DNA of 64,000 nucleotides from Marispirochaeta sp. (GTDB lineage Bacteria; Spirochaetota; Spirochaetia; JC444; Marispirochaetaceae): positions 1,184,001 to 1,248,000 of the forward strand of contig CAXXFF010000002.1 of assembly GCA_963676835.2 (NCBI GenBank), written 5' to 3'. Every line of letters begins with the position of its first letter. Positions within the stretch are counted from its first letter, which is position 1. The notes below the pieces were generated by a model, which searched no databases, was not told where the DNA came from, and worked only from the letters and a program-made list of their open reading frames with translations. This document shows positions 46,771-56,287 of the stretch, piece after piece. The position numbers and the translations under genes are program-made.

Positions 46771-49641
46771 ATGAACTCAAAAACCTTGTCTCTTTTCATT
46801 CTTATGGCGTGTACCGCCTTTTCTGCCTTTTCTGATACTTCCGATCCTCTTCTACGGCTGAATACGGAGATGCATACAGCGCCTATCAGGGCTATCGACA
46901 CAGATGCTGAATACCGCTTTGTTCTCACCGCAGGAGACGATAGAGTTGCACGCCTGTGGGATGCTGCTTCCGGCCGTCTTCTGAAGATTCTACGACCTTT
47001 TATTGGAGAAGGTAATGATGGACGGCTTTATTCCTGCGCCTTGTCTCCCGATGGGACTGAGGCTGTCGTGGGAGGATGGACCGGCCCTAGCGGGGATAAA
47101 TCCCTCTATTTTTTCAATACCGCTTCGGGTTCTCTAACCCATAGAATTGACGGCTTTAAAGATGTCATCAACTGTCTGAAATACTCTGATAACGGACGCT
47201 ATCTGGCTGCTGGTTTGGGTGGATCTAATGGCGTTTCTGTTATCTCTTTGCGGAACCACTCTGTTTACAAGCAGCTGGATGGATACAGCGCTCAGGTAAA
47301 GGGGTTATCGTTTTTCAGTGATGGGCGTCTGGCAGTTGTCTCCTATGATGGAGGAGTTCGTCTATACGACCGGCAGTTCGGGCTGGTGAAAAAGGTTCAG
47401 CTTGATAAAGAAAGCAGCCCCCGGGGTGTTGCGGTTTCTCCGGATGACAGCCGGATTGCCATTGCCTACTATAACAGCAGCAAGGTGGAAGTATACGACG
47501 GCATGAGTCTGAGACTTCTTTACACTGCAGACAGTGATGGAATAGATGAAAATGACGGCATGGTTAATGTTGCCTGGTCTTCTGACGGGCGCTATCTCTA
47601 TGCTGGCGGGCGCTACTCCAAATCCTTCGACGGAAAATGGTGGAGGGTTGTGCGCCGATGGGATAATCAGGGCCGTGGCATCTATGAAGATTTTCCCGGC
47701 AGCGGAAACACCATATGGGGACTGGTTTCCCTGAATAATGGGAACCTGCTGGTTGCAGGACACCGGCCCGACTGGGCACGTATAAATAACGCCGGCGAAC
47801 AGAGCCTTTACCGGGAGGGCATGATCCTCTCATTCCGACCGAAAAGCTTTGACAAGGATATGCTGTTAAACCCGGATGCCAGTAAAGTTACCTTTAAGCC
47901 AATGTCTGTCGATCCCATGACATTTTCCATTTCCGAACTCAGTCTGACGGAAGGCAGCTTTGAGGGGAATGCTTTCCGCTCCCAGGTGGGCGGAATAACG
48001 GTGACGGACTGGGATAACGGTGAAAATCCCCGCATAAACGGAACCCTTGTAGAAGGTTTCTCAAAATCTGAATTATGCCGAAGTGTCTCGGTTTCCCCCG
48101 ATGGAGATACGGTGATTCTCGGAACAGGCTGGTACTTGAGGGCCTATAATGCGGAAGCAGAATTGCTCTGGAAGATTCCTTCACCCGGTGAAAACTGGGC
48201 GGTAAACTGCTCTGCCGATGGAAAAACCGTGGTTGTTGGCCTTGGTGACGGGACTCTCCGCTGGTACAGACTTTCCGACGGCAAAGAGCTCTTAAATCTC
48301 TTTGTTCATTCTGACTGCAAACGCTGGGTCCTCTGGACACCCTCGGGTTACTATGCCTGTTCTCCTTCCGGAGAGGACCTGATCGGATGGCATATAAACC
48401 ATGGCCGGGACAGATCTGCTGATTTCTTCAGTGCATCCCGTTTTTCAGAGCGTTTCTACCGTCCGGATGTTGTTGCCCTTATGCTGGAAACTCTTGATGA
48501 GGACCAGGCCATAACCAGGGCTAACCGCCAGCGGAATATCCGGACAACCAACGCGAGCATTGCATCCATACTTCCTCCGGTTCTTGCTATACTTTCTCCC
48601 TCCGAAGGAGCAACTCACAGTTCTTCAACTATTCAGCTGCGCTATTCCGTACGAACTCCAAATAATGATCCTGTTCAGGAGGTGAGGGCAATGGTGAACG
48701 GCCGCCCGGTGGAAACTTCCCGGGGATTGAAGCTTGTCGCCTCCGGTTCCAGCGGAACTGAACAGTCTATAAATATTTCTCTTATGCCGGGAGAAAACTA
48801 CATCTCCCTCATGGCAAAGAATTCAACCTCATGGAGTGATCCTGCCACTGTTATGGTGAAGTACCAGGAACGGCAGCAATCATTTGTGGCAAAGCCGAAA
48901 CTCTATATTCTGGCAGTGGGGGTTTCGGATTACGCCAATCCTGATTACCGTCTTAATTATGCCGCCAAGGATGCCCGGGATTTTGCTGCAACCATGAAGG
49001 CCCAGGAGGGAGGGATTTATGAGGATGTTGAAATAAGGCTCCTCACCGACAAGGATGCAACCCAGGATAACGTTTTTGACGGTCTGGACTGGATACGGGG
49101 CCAGGCTACGGCTCGGGATGTTGCCATGATTTTTGTGGCGGGCCACGGGATTAATGATAACTCAGGCCGCCTCTATTACCTGACTCACGAGGCGGATGTG
49201 GACCGGCTGCGCCGGACCAGTGTTGCCGCCGATGAGTTTACCCAGACTATTCAATCCATTCCCGGCAAGGTTCTCTACTTTATGGACACCTGCCACTCCG
49301 GCGGGGTGAACATAGCCTCCCGCAGAGGGATCAATAGTGTAGATATGACGGGAATTATCAACGAGCTCTCTTCCGCCGAGAGCGGAGCGGTGGTTTTTGC
49401 CTCCTCTTCCGGAAAGCAGTACTCCCTGGAGGACGCAAGCTGGGGTAACGGTGCCTTTACCAAGGCCCTTATCGAGGGGCTCAAGGGTGGTGCGGACTAC
49501 ACCGGAAGCGGTAAAATAACTATCAATATGCTGGATCTGTATATTTCCGAACGGGTAAAGGAACTTACCCGGGGGCAGCAGACGCCGACCACTGCCAAAC
49601 CTGACACAGTGCCGGATTATCCGGTGGCGGTTAACGAATAG
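46771..49641 (+). CDS. Exported WD40 beta-propeller + Ig-like + caspase-like (C14) protease
   Basis: Signal peptide from ATG 46771; WD repeats; LAVGVSDY..L.YAAKDA; catalytic AGHG and DTCHSG. Confidence 0.9.
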   Translation: MNSKTLSLFILMACTAFSAFSDTSDPLLRLNTEMHTAPIRAIDTDAEYRFVLTAGDDRVARLWDAASGRLLKILRPFIGEGNDGRLYSCALSPDGTEAVVGGWTGPSGDKSLYFFNTASGSLTHRIDGFKDVINCLKYSDNGRYLAAGLGGSNGVSVISLRNHSVYKQLDGYSAQVKGLSFFSDGRLAVVSYDGGVRLYDRQFGLVKKVQLDKESSPRGVAVSPDDSRIAIAYYNSSKVEVYDGMSLRLLYTADSDGIDENDGMVNVAWSSDGRYLYAGGRYSKSFDGKWWRVVRRWDNQGRGIYEDFPGSGNTIWGLVSLNNGNLLVAGHRPDWARINNAGEQSLYREGMILSFRPKSFDKDMLLNPDASKVTFKPMSVDPMTFSISELSLTEGSFEGNAFRSQVGGITVTDWDNGENPRINGTLVEGFSKSELCRSVSVSPDGDTVILGTGWYLRAYNAEAELLWKIPSPGENWAVNCSADGKTVVVGLGDGTLRWYRLSDGKELLNLFVHSDCKRWVLWTPSGYYACSPSGEDLIGWHINHGRDRSADFFSASRFSERFYRPDVVALMLETLDEDQAITRANRQRNIRTTNASIASILPPVLAILSPSEGATHSSSTIQLRYSVRTPNNDPVQEVRAMVNGRPVETSRGLKLVASGSSGTEQSINISLMPGENYISLMAKNSTSWSDPATVMVKYQERQQSFVAKPKLYILAVGVSDYANPDYRLNYAAKDARDFAATMKAQEGGIYEDVEIRLLTDKDATQDNVFDGLDWIRGQATARDVAMIFVAGHGINDNSGRLYYLTHEADVDRLRRTSVAADEFTQTIQSIPGKVLYFMDTCHSGGVNIASRRGINSVDMTGIINELSSAESGAVVFASSSGKQYSLEDASWGNGAFTKALIEGLKGGADYTGSGKITINMLDLYISERVKELTRGQQTPTTAKPDTVPDYPVAVNE

Positions 49642-49675
49642 ATTTTAGAGGATTTTTTGTTTAGAAGGTGATGAC

Positions 49676-51211
49676 ATGCGAATTAAAAGTATTAGTGTAA
49701 GTATTCTTGTTCTGTTTGTTTCAGTACAGCTCTTTTCCCTGCCCCGCTGGGCGCGGGAATACGGGGCGGTAACCCCCTACAATACGGAGGAAAACGTTAC
49801 CGGATTCGGAACCTCCGAGTACGGTGATGACATCCCCATGGAGGCGGCAAAGCTCCGGGCCGCAGACGACCTGATCCGCAAGGTGAAGGTGGAGATAAAG
49901 AGTAATATAACCCTCACTGCCAATGATACTTCCGGCCGCGGATCTTCCGGGATGGATCTGGTGACCACCAGTACCAGTGTACTTCAGCTGGAAGGTATCG
50001 AATACGAGACGGAACGGGACGGCAGCACCTGGTATGCCCTTGCCCATATAAGCAGGGATTCCATTGCCCGCACATACAAGCAGAAGGCGAAGGAGACTGT
50101 AACGGATCTTGAGGCAGGTCTTTCCCAGTGTGATTCCGCTTTTAACGCCGGAAAAAACAGCGACGCCTATGACCTGGCAGTCAATCTTCTGCCCTTGTTT
50201 GACCGGCTTAAGGATGAAGCGGGCATCTACCGCTTTGCAGCGGCCGCATCCCTGCCTGCAGAAGTTTACGGACGCCGTATCAGCAACGACGGCAAGGCAG
50301 CCTATGAACTGGCACAGCTGAAAAGCCGCATCCGGGACCTTTCCGGTTCCGATGCCGCTGATCCGGCAGATGCCGTGCGGCGGATTGCCGCCATGTTCGC
50401 CGAACAGGGAATTTCGGCCTCGGACTTTACCGTCGCTCCTTTCCTCTTTCAGAATACCGACTTTTCCAGCCAGTTCGGCCAGTACATGGGCCAGCGCCTG
50501 CGGAGCGAACTGCTGAAGCGGCTGCCGCCGGTACGGGGCAAAGCTGCAGTTGCTGTACAGGGCCGCTACCTGGTGCGGGAGGGCAAGGTAGAGCTTTCTG
50601 TCTCCGCCCGCAGTGTGGACGGAAGCTCAAGCGGATCCGCCTGGGCGGAGTTTCCCGAAGTCAAACTGCCGGGAGATCTGTCGGTGGAACCCGGCAACTA
50701 CGCGGAAGCCATTCAGGACATGCTGCAGCTTGCCGACGGGGCCCTTGTTGACGGCGGCTTGAGTATCGAGGCCTGGACGAACCGCGGACGGGATGCGGAG
50801 AGCCTGGTTTTCGGCGACGGGGAGGAGCTTGAGCTCTATTTCCGGGTGAATCAGCCTGCCTTTATTCAGATTACCTATGCTCTTGCTACTGGAGAAAAGG
50901 TGCTGCTGGATGAGAGCTACTATATCGGCGATGACAAGGTAAACCGGGTGGTTAAATACCCTTATGCCTTTGAGGTATGTGCTCCCTATGGAGTTGAACG
51001 GATGATTATAAGTGCCTTCAGCAAGGAACCGCCGAAACCGAATGTAATAATCCGGCTTATTGACGGTGAGGAGTACGAGGTTTTTACCAGTGCAGCTGCT
51101 GCTGTCATGCAGACCCGGGGAGTTCACCGTGTCAGGGAAAAGGATGACGACGGCATGAAGACCGGAGAAATGATCCTGACCATGACCACCGTGCCGAAGC
51201 TGGCCGATTAA
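49676..51211 (+). CDS. Exported LPP20-like + DUF4384-like protein
   Basis: Signal peptide; P.W..GFG..A...A...L LPP20 pattern; C-terminal GEELELYFRVNQPAF...PYGVE. Confidence 0.65.
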   Translation: MRIKSISVSILVLFVSVQLFSLPRWAREYGAVTPYNTEENVTGFGTSEYGDDIPMEAAKLRAADDLIRKVKVEIKSNITLTANDTSGRGSSGMDLVTTSTSVLQLEGIEYETERDGSTWYALAHISRDSIARTYKQKAKETVTDLEAGLSQCDSAFNAGKNSDAYDLAVNLLPLFDRLKDEAGIYRFAAAASLPAEVYGRRISNDGKAAYELAQLKSRIRDLSGSDAADPADAVRRIAAMFAEQGISASDFTVAPFLFQNTDFSSQFGQYMGQRLRSELLKRLPPVRGKAAVAVQGRYLVREGKVELSVSARSVDGSSSGSAWAEFPEVKLPGDLSVEPGNYAEAIQDMLQLADGALVDGGLSIEAWTNRGRDAESLVFGDGEELELYFRVNQPAFIQITYALATGEKVLLDESYYIGDDKVNRVVKYPYAFEVCAPYGVERMIISAFSKEPPKPNVIIRLIDGEEYEVFTSAAAAVMQTRGVHRVREKDDDGMKTGEMILTMTTVPKLAD

Positions 51212-51233
51212 TAAAGGTTCCGGATAGTTTCTC

Positions 51234-52505
51234 ATGTTCAAGCTGGATGGTCTTGGAAACATACGCAAGGTCCGTTGGACCGGTCTGCGTCCGGGGGTGG
51301 TGATCCTTTCGGGGGTCTCCATCAACGATCATCCCATCCCCGAGCTGACGGGCTTTCCGGTGCTTACCGAATCTTTAATTTCTGATCTCTCCTCCCGTTA
51401 CCAGTTTCTTGCCGGCCGGGAGGTTGTTGTTGCCGAGGCGGTCTATAACTATTCACCCTTTGAGTTTGCCGATCAGCTCCGGCATTCAGAAAAACAGAGA
51501 AACAGCTTCAACCGTCTGCGCCGGGATTTTGAAGAGACGAAAAAGATGGTCCTTCTCAATATGGGCCTGGACCTTCAGACGGATGTTCCCGTAATCGGGT
51601 CTGACCATGTTGACCGGGAGTACATGGTGAAGGATACCTACAACTCCTTTTCCTATCTTTATGGGCTTGGAGAGGACCTGGATGCGATTCCCTCCTTTTT
51701 TCACCGCATGGACTTGAGCCTTTCCCTGGCCGACCTGGTTACCAACCGGCTGCAGGAGAAATTCAATGTCCCCGATGACAGCGAGGTGGTGCTGCATCTG
51801 GTGGTTGATTTTTCAAGAAGCATGGACTCCATGGGCAAGCTCGATCTGGTGGTACAGACGGTTAATGCTTTTTACAGCTTTTACTCTGAGCTTCTTGCCA
51901 ATACCACCATAAAACTCTACACCTTTTCCGATGAGTGCCGGCCGGCCCGGTATCCGCTGCAGGAGGCAGGAGTCCGCCGGGGAAACACCGCCTACGGCTC
52001 TTTTATGAAAAAGGTTCTGCACCTTAAGGAAAAGGAAAAACGCAACAAGATAATCCTCTTTACCGACGGAGTGCCCACGGACCGCAGTGAAGCACTGAAG
52101 ATGGCGGAGCTGATAAAGAAGAACTGCCTGGACTATACCCAGATCATCTTCGACATTAAAGAGGAGAGGCGCACCGAGGTTGTCTATGCTGACGGTATGG
52201 TTGTGGACGCCGTTGACAATATGGTGGAAGAGCTGTCGGCGGGTATGTCGGAACGGGTCCTCTCCGACGAGGATCTGGACGCAAAAATGAAAGGGATCTT
52301 TGATGACTTTACCGAAGTAGCTGAAAGCTGCGGCGGTAATCAGATCATCCTTAAAATAAATGAACTGCTCAATCTGGTAACGGTGGAATGTTATGACCGC
52401 TATCTCGGTCTGTTAAGCCTCGCCACGAGAGCAGAAACTGTCCAGGTTGAAGAGACCCGGACTGATAAGCCGCAGGTAAAAAAATGGAGCCCCCCGCGGG
52501 TGTAA
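51234..52505 (+). CDS. Cytoplasmic VWA-domain protein
   Basis: MIDAS VVDFSRSM, T, LFTDG; no signal peptide. Confidence 0.75.
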   Translation: MFKLDGLGNIRKVRWTGLRPGVVILSGVSINDHPIPELTGFPVLTESLISDLSSRYQFLAGREVVVAEAVYNYSPFEFADQLRHSEKQRNSFNRLRRDFEETKKMVLLNMGLDLQTDVPVIGSDHVDREYMVKDTYNSFSYLYGLGEDLDAIPSFFHRMDLSLSLADLVTNRLQEKFNVPDDSEVVLHLVVDFSRSMDSMGKLDLVVQTVNAFYSFYSELLANTTIKLYTFSDECRPARYPLQEAGVRRGNTAYGSFMKKVLHLKEKEKRNKIILFTDGVPTDRSEALKMAELIKKNCLDYTQIIFDIKEERRTEVVYADGMVVDAVDNMVEELSAGMSERVLSDEDLDAKMKGIFDDFTEVAESCGGNQIILKINELLNLVTVECYDRYLGLLSLATRAETVQVEETRTDKPQVKKWSPPRV

Positions 52506-52526
52506 AAAAACAGCAGGAGAAAAAAC

Positions 52527-53735
52527 ATGAATAAGCTGTTCACCATTGTGTTGTCCTTCGTAATATTCTTTTCTTTATCCTTAAGCATGTCCGCCCAGGA
52601 CTGTGTCAGCTTTGTGGAGGTTCAGGAGAAGACGCAGTTTGTGCTGGTTGTAGACCGCAGCGGCAGTATGGCCGGCGATCCCCTTCGGGATGCGAAGCAG
52701 GCGGTAATAAACTTTATTAACAGTATGCAGCCCGGAGATTCGGCGGCCCTGATTACCTTTGAAGATCAGGTGCATGTGAATCATAACTTTTCCTCCGACC
52801 GGGCAAGCCTGGTGCAGGCTGTACGGAATATTGAGACCGGCGGCAGGACCCGTTTTTACGATGCCGTGGCAGCTGCCGCCCGTATGCTGAAAGGGAAAAG
52901 CGGCCGTACGGCGATTCTTTTTCTTACCGATGGTAACGACAACGAAAGCAGTTTTTCCCTGAATAATATACGGCAGATGAATATCGGTGAACAGAATGTC
53001 GTTTACGGCATTGGGCTGGGGAATATCGACCATAATGGCATAAGCGCCCTGAGTACCGCCACCGGCGGACAGTACCGGGCAGCCCGGGGATCGGGTGAAC
53101 TCAGTTCTTTGTATGCTGACCTGCAGAAACTCTATTACACCGAATATCGGGATACCCGGAACAGCAGCGGAGGGTACACGGTTACCTCTCTTCCCGGCGG
53201 GAAAAGTGTCTACTTTGACGGAACCCTGGCCGGTACAACACCGCTGAATATGGACGGGATCAGTCCCGGCGAACATGTGGTGCAGGTGGAGTTTGAAAAC
53301 GGCCTGTGGGAATGCCGCAGTCAGTTAAAAGCGGGAACCAAGGGTTATATTACCGCCCGGTCTGCCGACCTTCCTGGTATTTTTTACATTGAATCATCTC
53401 CCCGGGGTGCGGCGGTTTTCATTGACGATACCTACGTGGGGCTCACTTCCATGATACCTTCACCTGTGGTGAATGGTTCCCGGGATCTTTCCGGACAGCT
53501 TCAGGTTAAGGATCTTCCCGAAGGTAAGCATACGGTAAAAATTATAGCCGCCCCGGATCTTGAACTCTCCGCAGCCCAGGAGATGGTGTTTGATTTCGAA
53601 ATGCGCAAGGCAAGCCGTTATGTGATTGTTAACGTGCTGGGAGGAAAGGCCCTGTTTGCCAACGGGGAACGGAAGCAGCGAAATATTGGCGATATGATTG
53701 AGAATGCCTTCAGCGACCCTATGTTTAATGACTAG
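52527..53735 (+). CDS. Exported VWA + 2x PEGA protein
   Basis: Signal peptide; VVDRSGSM, GRTRFYDA, FLTDG; VTSLPGG..GTTPL and IESSPRGAAVFIDD. Confidence 0.85.
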   Translation: MNKLFTIVLSFVIFFSLSLSMSAQDCVSFVEVQEKTQFVLVVDRSGSMAGDPLRDAKQAVINFINSMQPGDSAALITFEDQVHVNHNFSSDRASLVQAVRNIETGGRTRFYDAVAAAARMLKGKSGRTAILFLTDGNDNESSFSLNNIRQMNIGEQNVVYGIGLGNIDHNGISALSTATGGQYRAARGSGELSSLYADLQKLYYTEYRDTRNSSGGYTVTSLPGGKSVYFDGTLAGTTPLNMDGISPGEHVVQVEFENGLWECRSQLKAGTKGYITARSADLPGIFYIESSPRGAAVFIDDTYVGLTSMIPSPVVNGSRDLSGQLQVKDLPEGKHTVKIIAAPDLELSAAQEMVFDFEMRKASRYVIVNVLGGKALFANGERKQRNIGDMIENAFSDPMFND

Positions 53736-53781
53736 TCCAAAAATTAGCTTAATGACTGATCGGATTGGAAGAGGTAATGTC

Positions 53782-55461
53782 ATGACACGAATAAAGATAG
53801 TCGTACTGCTGCTGATGCTTGTTCCGGCAGCACTTACCGCCCAGCAGGCCCAGGGGCTGGACCCGGTCCCCGGGGCACTGAATATCTCCCTGCCCCAGGC
53901 GAATCCCCGGGGCATTGTCTCCGCAGCCGGAGCTGCTCCCGGAGACGGTGAGACTGCACAGGCCCTGCCTGCAAAGGTTGACCTGCAGCAGTTTCTGCCG
54001 CCGGTGAAAAACCAGGGGCAGATCGGCAGTTGCGCCGCCTGGGCCAGCGTCTATTACGCCAAGACAATACAGGAGAACCAGGAGCGCCGCTGGGGTGCGG
54101 ATAATGCGGACCACCAGTACAGCCCTCTTTTTACCTACAACCAGATTACCAAAGGGGTAAATGAGGGCACCGCTATTCAGGATCATATGGTGCTGATGGA
54201 AAAGCTCGGGGCTGCCCCGTTCAGCAGTTTTCCCTACGCGGATAACCTCAATGTCCAGCCCGATGCTAAGGTACTGAAGGCGGCGGAAAAGTATCCGGCT
54301 TCGTCTCACAAGAACCTGGATACCTACGATTACACAACAAAAACCTGGTCGGTAAAGCTTGAGTCCGTTAAAGCTACCCTTGCCGAGGGGCTGCCTGTTG
54401 TGGGGGGATTTCAGGTCTATGAAAACCTGCACAGCTACCGGGGCGGTATTTACAACAAGGTAGCCGGGGCTGCTTCCGGCGGTCATGCGATGTGCATTAT
54501 CGGCTATGACGATTCTAAAAATGCTTTGCACCTGGTTAATTCCTGGGGAACATCCTGGGGAGACCAGGGCTTTCTCTGGATGGACTACGATCTGTTTGAA
54601 GAGCTCTGCACCTACGGCTGCGTGGTTATGTATGACACGGTTATTCCCGTACCTGATAGCATTCAGGCTCCGGTGAATCTTGAAGGCAGCAGGGGGGTAT
54701 ATAAAAACCGCATAGAGCTCTCCTGGACTGCCGTGGATGGGGCGGAACTCTATATCGTCTACCGGGTGGATAACGCCGAGGGAGTTCTGAAAGAGGTCGG
54801 CCGGACCGATGAACCCGCCTGGATCGAAGAGAATCTTCCCCCCGGGGTGACCTATGTCTATGCCGTAAAGGCTGCGAAGAAAAAGGGCTCCGGTCTGCTT
54901 GAGAGCGATTTCAGTGAGATAGCCGAAGGATGGACAGTGGAAGAGAAGTTTCCTCCGGGAATCCCCTCTAATCTTACCTTCGGATTTTTTATGGGAAACC
55001 CCGTTCTGGTTTGGCTGCCCGTGGAAGAGGCTGAAGGCTACAACGTCTACCGCTGGTCCGATGCTGAAGAGGCCTTTATGCTGTTAGGCAGTTCAAAGGA
55101 TTCGGCCTTTATGGATTCCGGGTATAAAAATCTTAATGAAGCAGGAATTATCTACTATATCGTGCAGGCCTATAACGCCAACGGCGAGGGCTACCCCACG
55201 GAGAGCCTTGCGGTGCTGAAGGAGATAGCCGAAGAGAAGCCCGAGGAAGAGATTATCGAAACCGATACCCTGAAGGATGATATTCCCGCAGAAAAGAAAG
55301 AGGCCTTCGACGGTGATTTCTACCGCACCGATTACTTTGATTACGAGTACACCGTGAAACAGTTCCGGGAATACTACGAGAAGGAGATGCAGGCCTTCCG
55401 GGATTTTCAGAAGAACGAAGCGGACAGCTTTGAGGCCTGGAAGCGGCAGCACAGCCGGTAG
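53782..55461 (+). CDS. Exported papain-like (C1A) cysteine protease with FN3 repeats
   Basis: Signal peptide; LPAKVDL mature start; NQGQIGSCAAW, GHAM, VNSWG catalytic motifs; two FN3-like repeats. Confidence 0.92.
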   Translation: MTRIKIVVLLLMLVPAALTAQQAQGLDPVPGALNISLPQANPRGIVSAAGAAPGDGETAQALPAKVDLQQFLPPVKNQGQIGSCAAWASVYYAKTIQENQERRWGADNADHQYSPLFTYNQITKGVNEGTAIQDHMVLMEKLGAAPFSSFPYADNLNVQPDAKVLKAAEKYPASSHKNLDTYDYTTKTWSVKLESVKATLAEGLPVVGGFQVYENLHSYRGGIYNKVAGAASGGHAMCIIGYDDSKNALHLVNSWGTSWGDQGFLWMDYDLFEELCTYGCVVMYDTVIPVPDSIQAPVNLEGSRGVYKNRIELSWTAVDGAELYIVYRVDNAEGVLKEVGRTDEPAWIEENLPPGVTYVYAVKAAKKKGSGLLESDFSEIAEGWTVEEKFPPGIPSNLTFGFFMGNPVLVWLPVEEAEGYNVYRWSDAEEAFMLLGSSKDSAFMDSGYKNLNEAGIIYYIVQAYNANGEGYPTESLAVLKEIAEEKPEEEIIETDTLKDDIPAEKKEAFDGDFYRTDYFDYEYTVKQFREYYEKEMQAFRDFQKNEADSFEAWKRQHSR

Positions 55462-55506
55462 TAAAAAACGTTTAATAGAATCAGCTGAAAACTAACGGAG
55501 TACATC

Positions 55507-56178
55507 ATGAAAAAACTGATTACAATTTTACTGACATTCACCACTCTCATATCCCTGTCTGCTCTCCCTGAGCAGGCAGATATACCTGACTGGTATCTTA
55601 ATCCCCCGGAACCCGAAAATAAAATCGTCGGACTTGGCGCGCATAAAGCGGATAACCCCGGCTCCTCGGTTATTCTCTCCCTGGTTCACAGCCTTGGGCA
55701 GATATCAACTATTGCTGCGGCAAAATATGAGAATGCAGAAACCACCTACGATAATGAAGAAGGGCTTCCGGATGTCAAGTTTGAAGAGGCTGTTCTCAAA
55801 GGTAAGGCTATGGTCAGTATAGGGACGTGCATTATACATGCGGTTTACACTGATTATCTCCAGACTACAAGCAATGAGGAAGGTGAACAGACTATCTCTT
55901 TTGCAGAGTTAATTGAGAAAGTCCTTCTGCCCTATAAAGGAGGATATGTCTGCCTGACCAGTACGGTGCAGGACAGTGCGGTGGATGATGATGCAGATCA
56001 TAAACAGCACAGTAATATTGAGCCCGATTTTTCTCCCCGGGATTTTTACTATCAGCTTATGGCCATTCTCGAAGAGGCCGGCTGTGAGATTGAGAAGTAT
56101 TTTGCCGAGGATGGTACGGTGTATACCAAGGCTGTAATAAGCTGGGATGCGGTGAAGGCTCTGGCAGAAGAGAGTTGA
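55507..56178 (+). CDS. Exported LPP20-like protein
   Basis: Signal peptide; PDWYLNPP...VGLG; C-terminal DGTVY. Confidence 0.6.
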   Translation: MKKLITILLTFTTLISLSALPEQADIPDWYLNPPEPENKIVGLGAHKADNPGSSVILSLVHSLGQISTIAAAKYENAETTYDNEEGLPDVKFEEAVLKGKAMVSIGTCIIHAVYTDYLQTTSNEEGEQTISFAELIEKVLLPYKGGYVCLTSTVQDSAVDDDADHKQHSNIEPDFSPRDFYYQLMAILEEAGCEIEKYFAEDGTVYTKAVISWDAVKALAEES

Positions 56179-56287
56179 GGAATTATCGAATAGTCTATGC
56201 TCTGAGTGTAAAAAGTAAAAGTGTGAATACAGTTAATGGCTTAACAACTCGAACACTAAAAAAGTTGTAAAACTGGTGAGGATTTAA

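Noticed and set aside
53390..54700. SPRGA (VWA-PEGA) and GSRGVY (FN3), also VTRGGSW at 63681, as extra RG cleavage sites
   Set aside because: Each falls in a structural family motif (PEGA SxPxGA, FN3 strand, FGE RGGSW), so not counted
56179..56287. Possible integron attC site (GCTTAAC...GTTGTAA)
   Set aside because: Right end does not fit GTTRRRY, pairing is weak, other spacers lack it and no integrase is present
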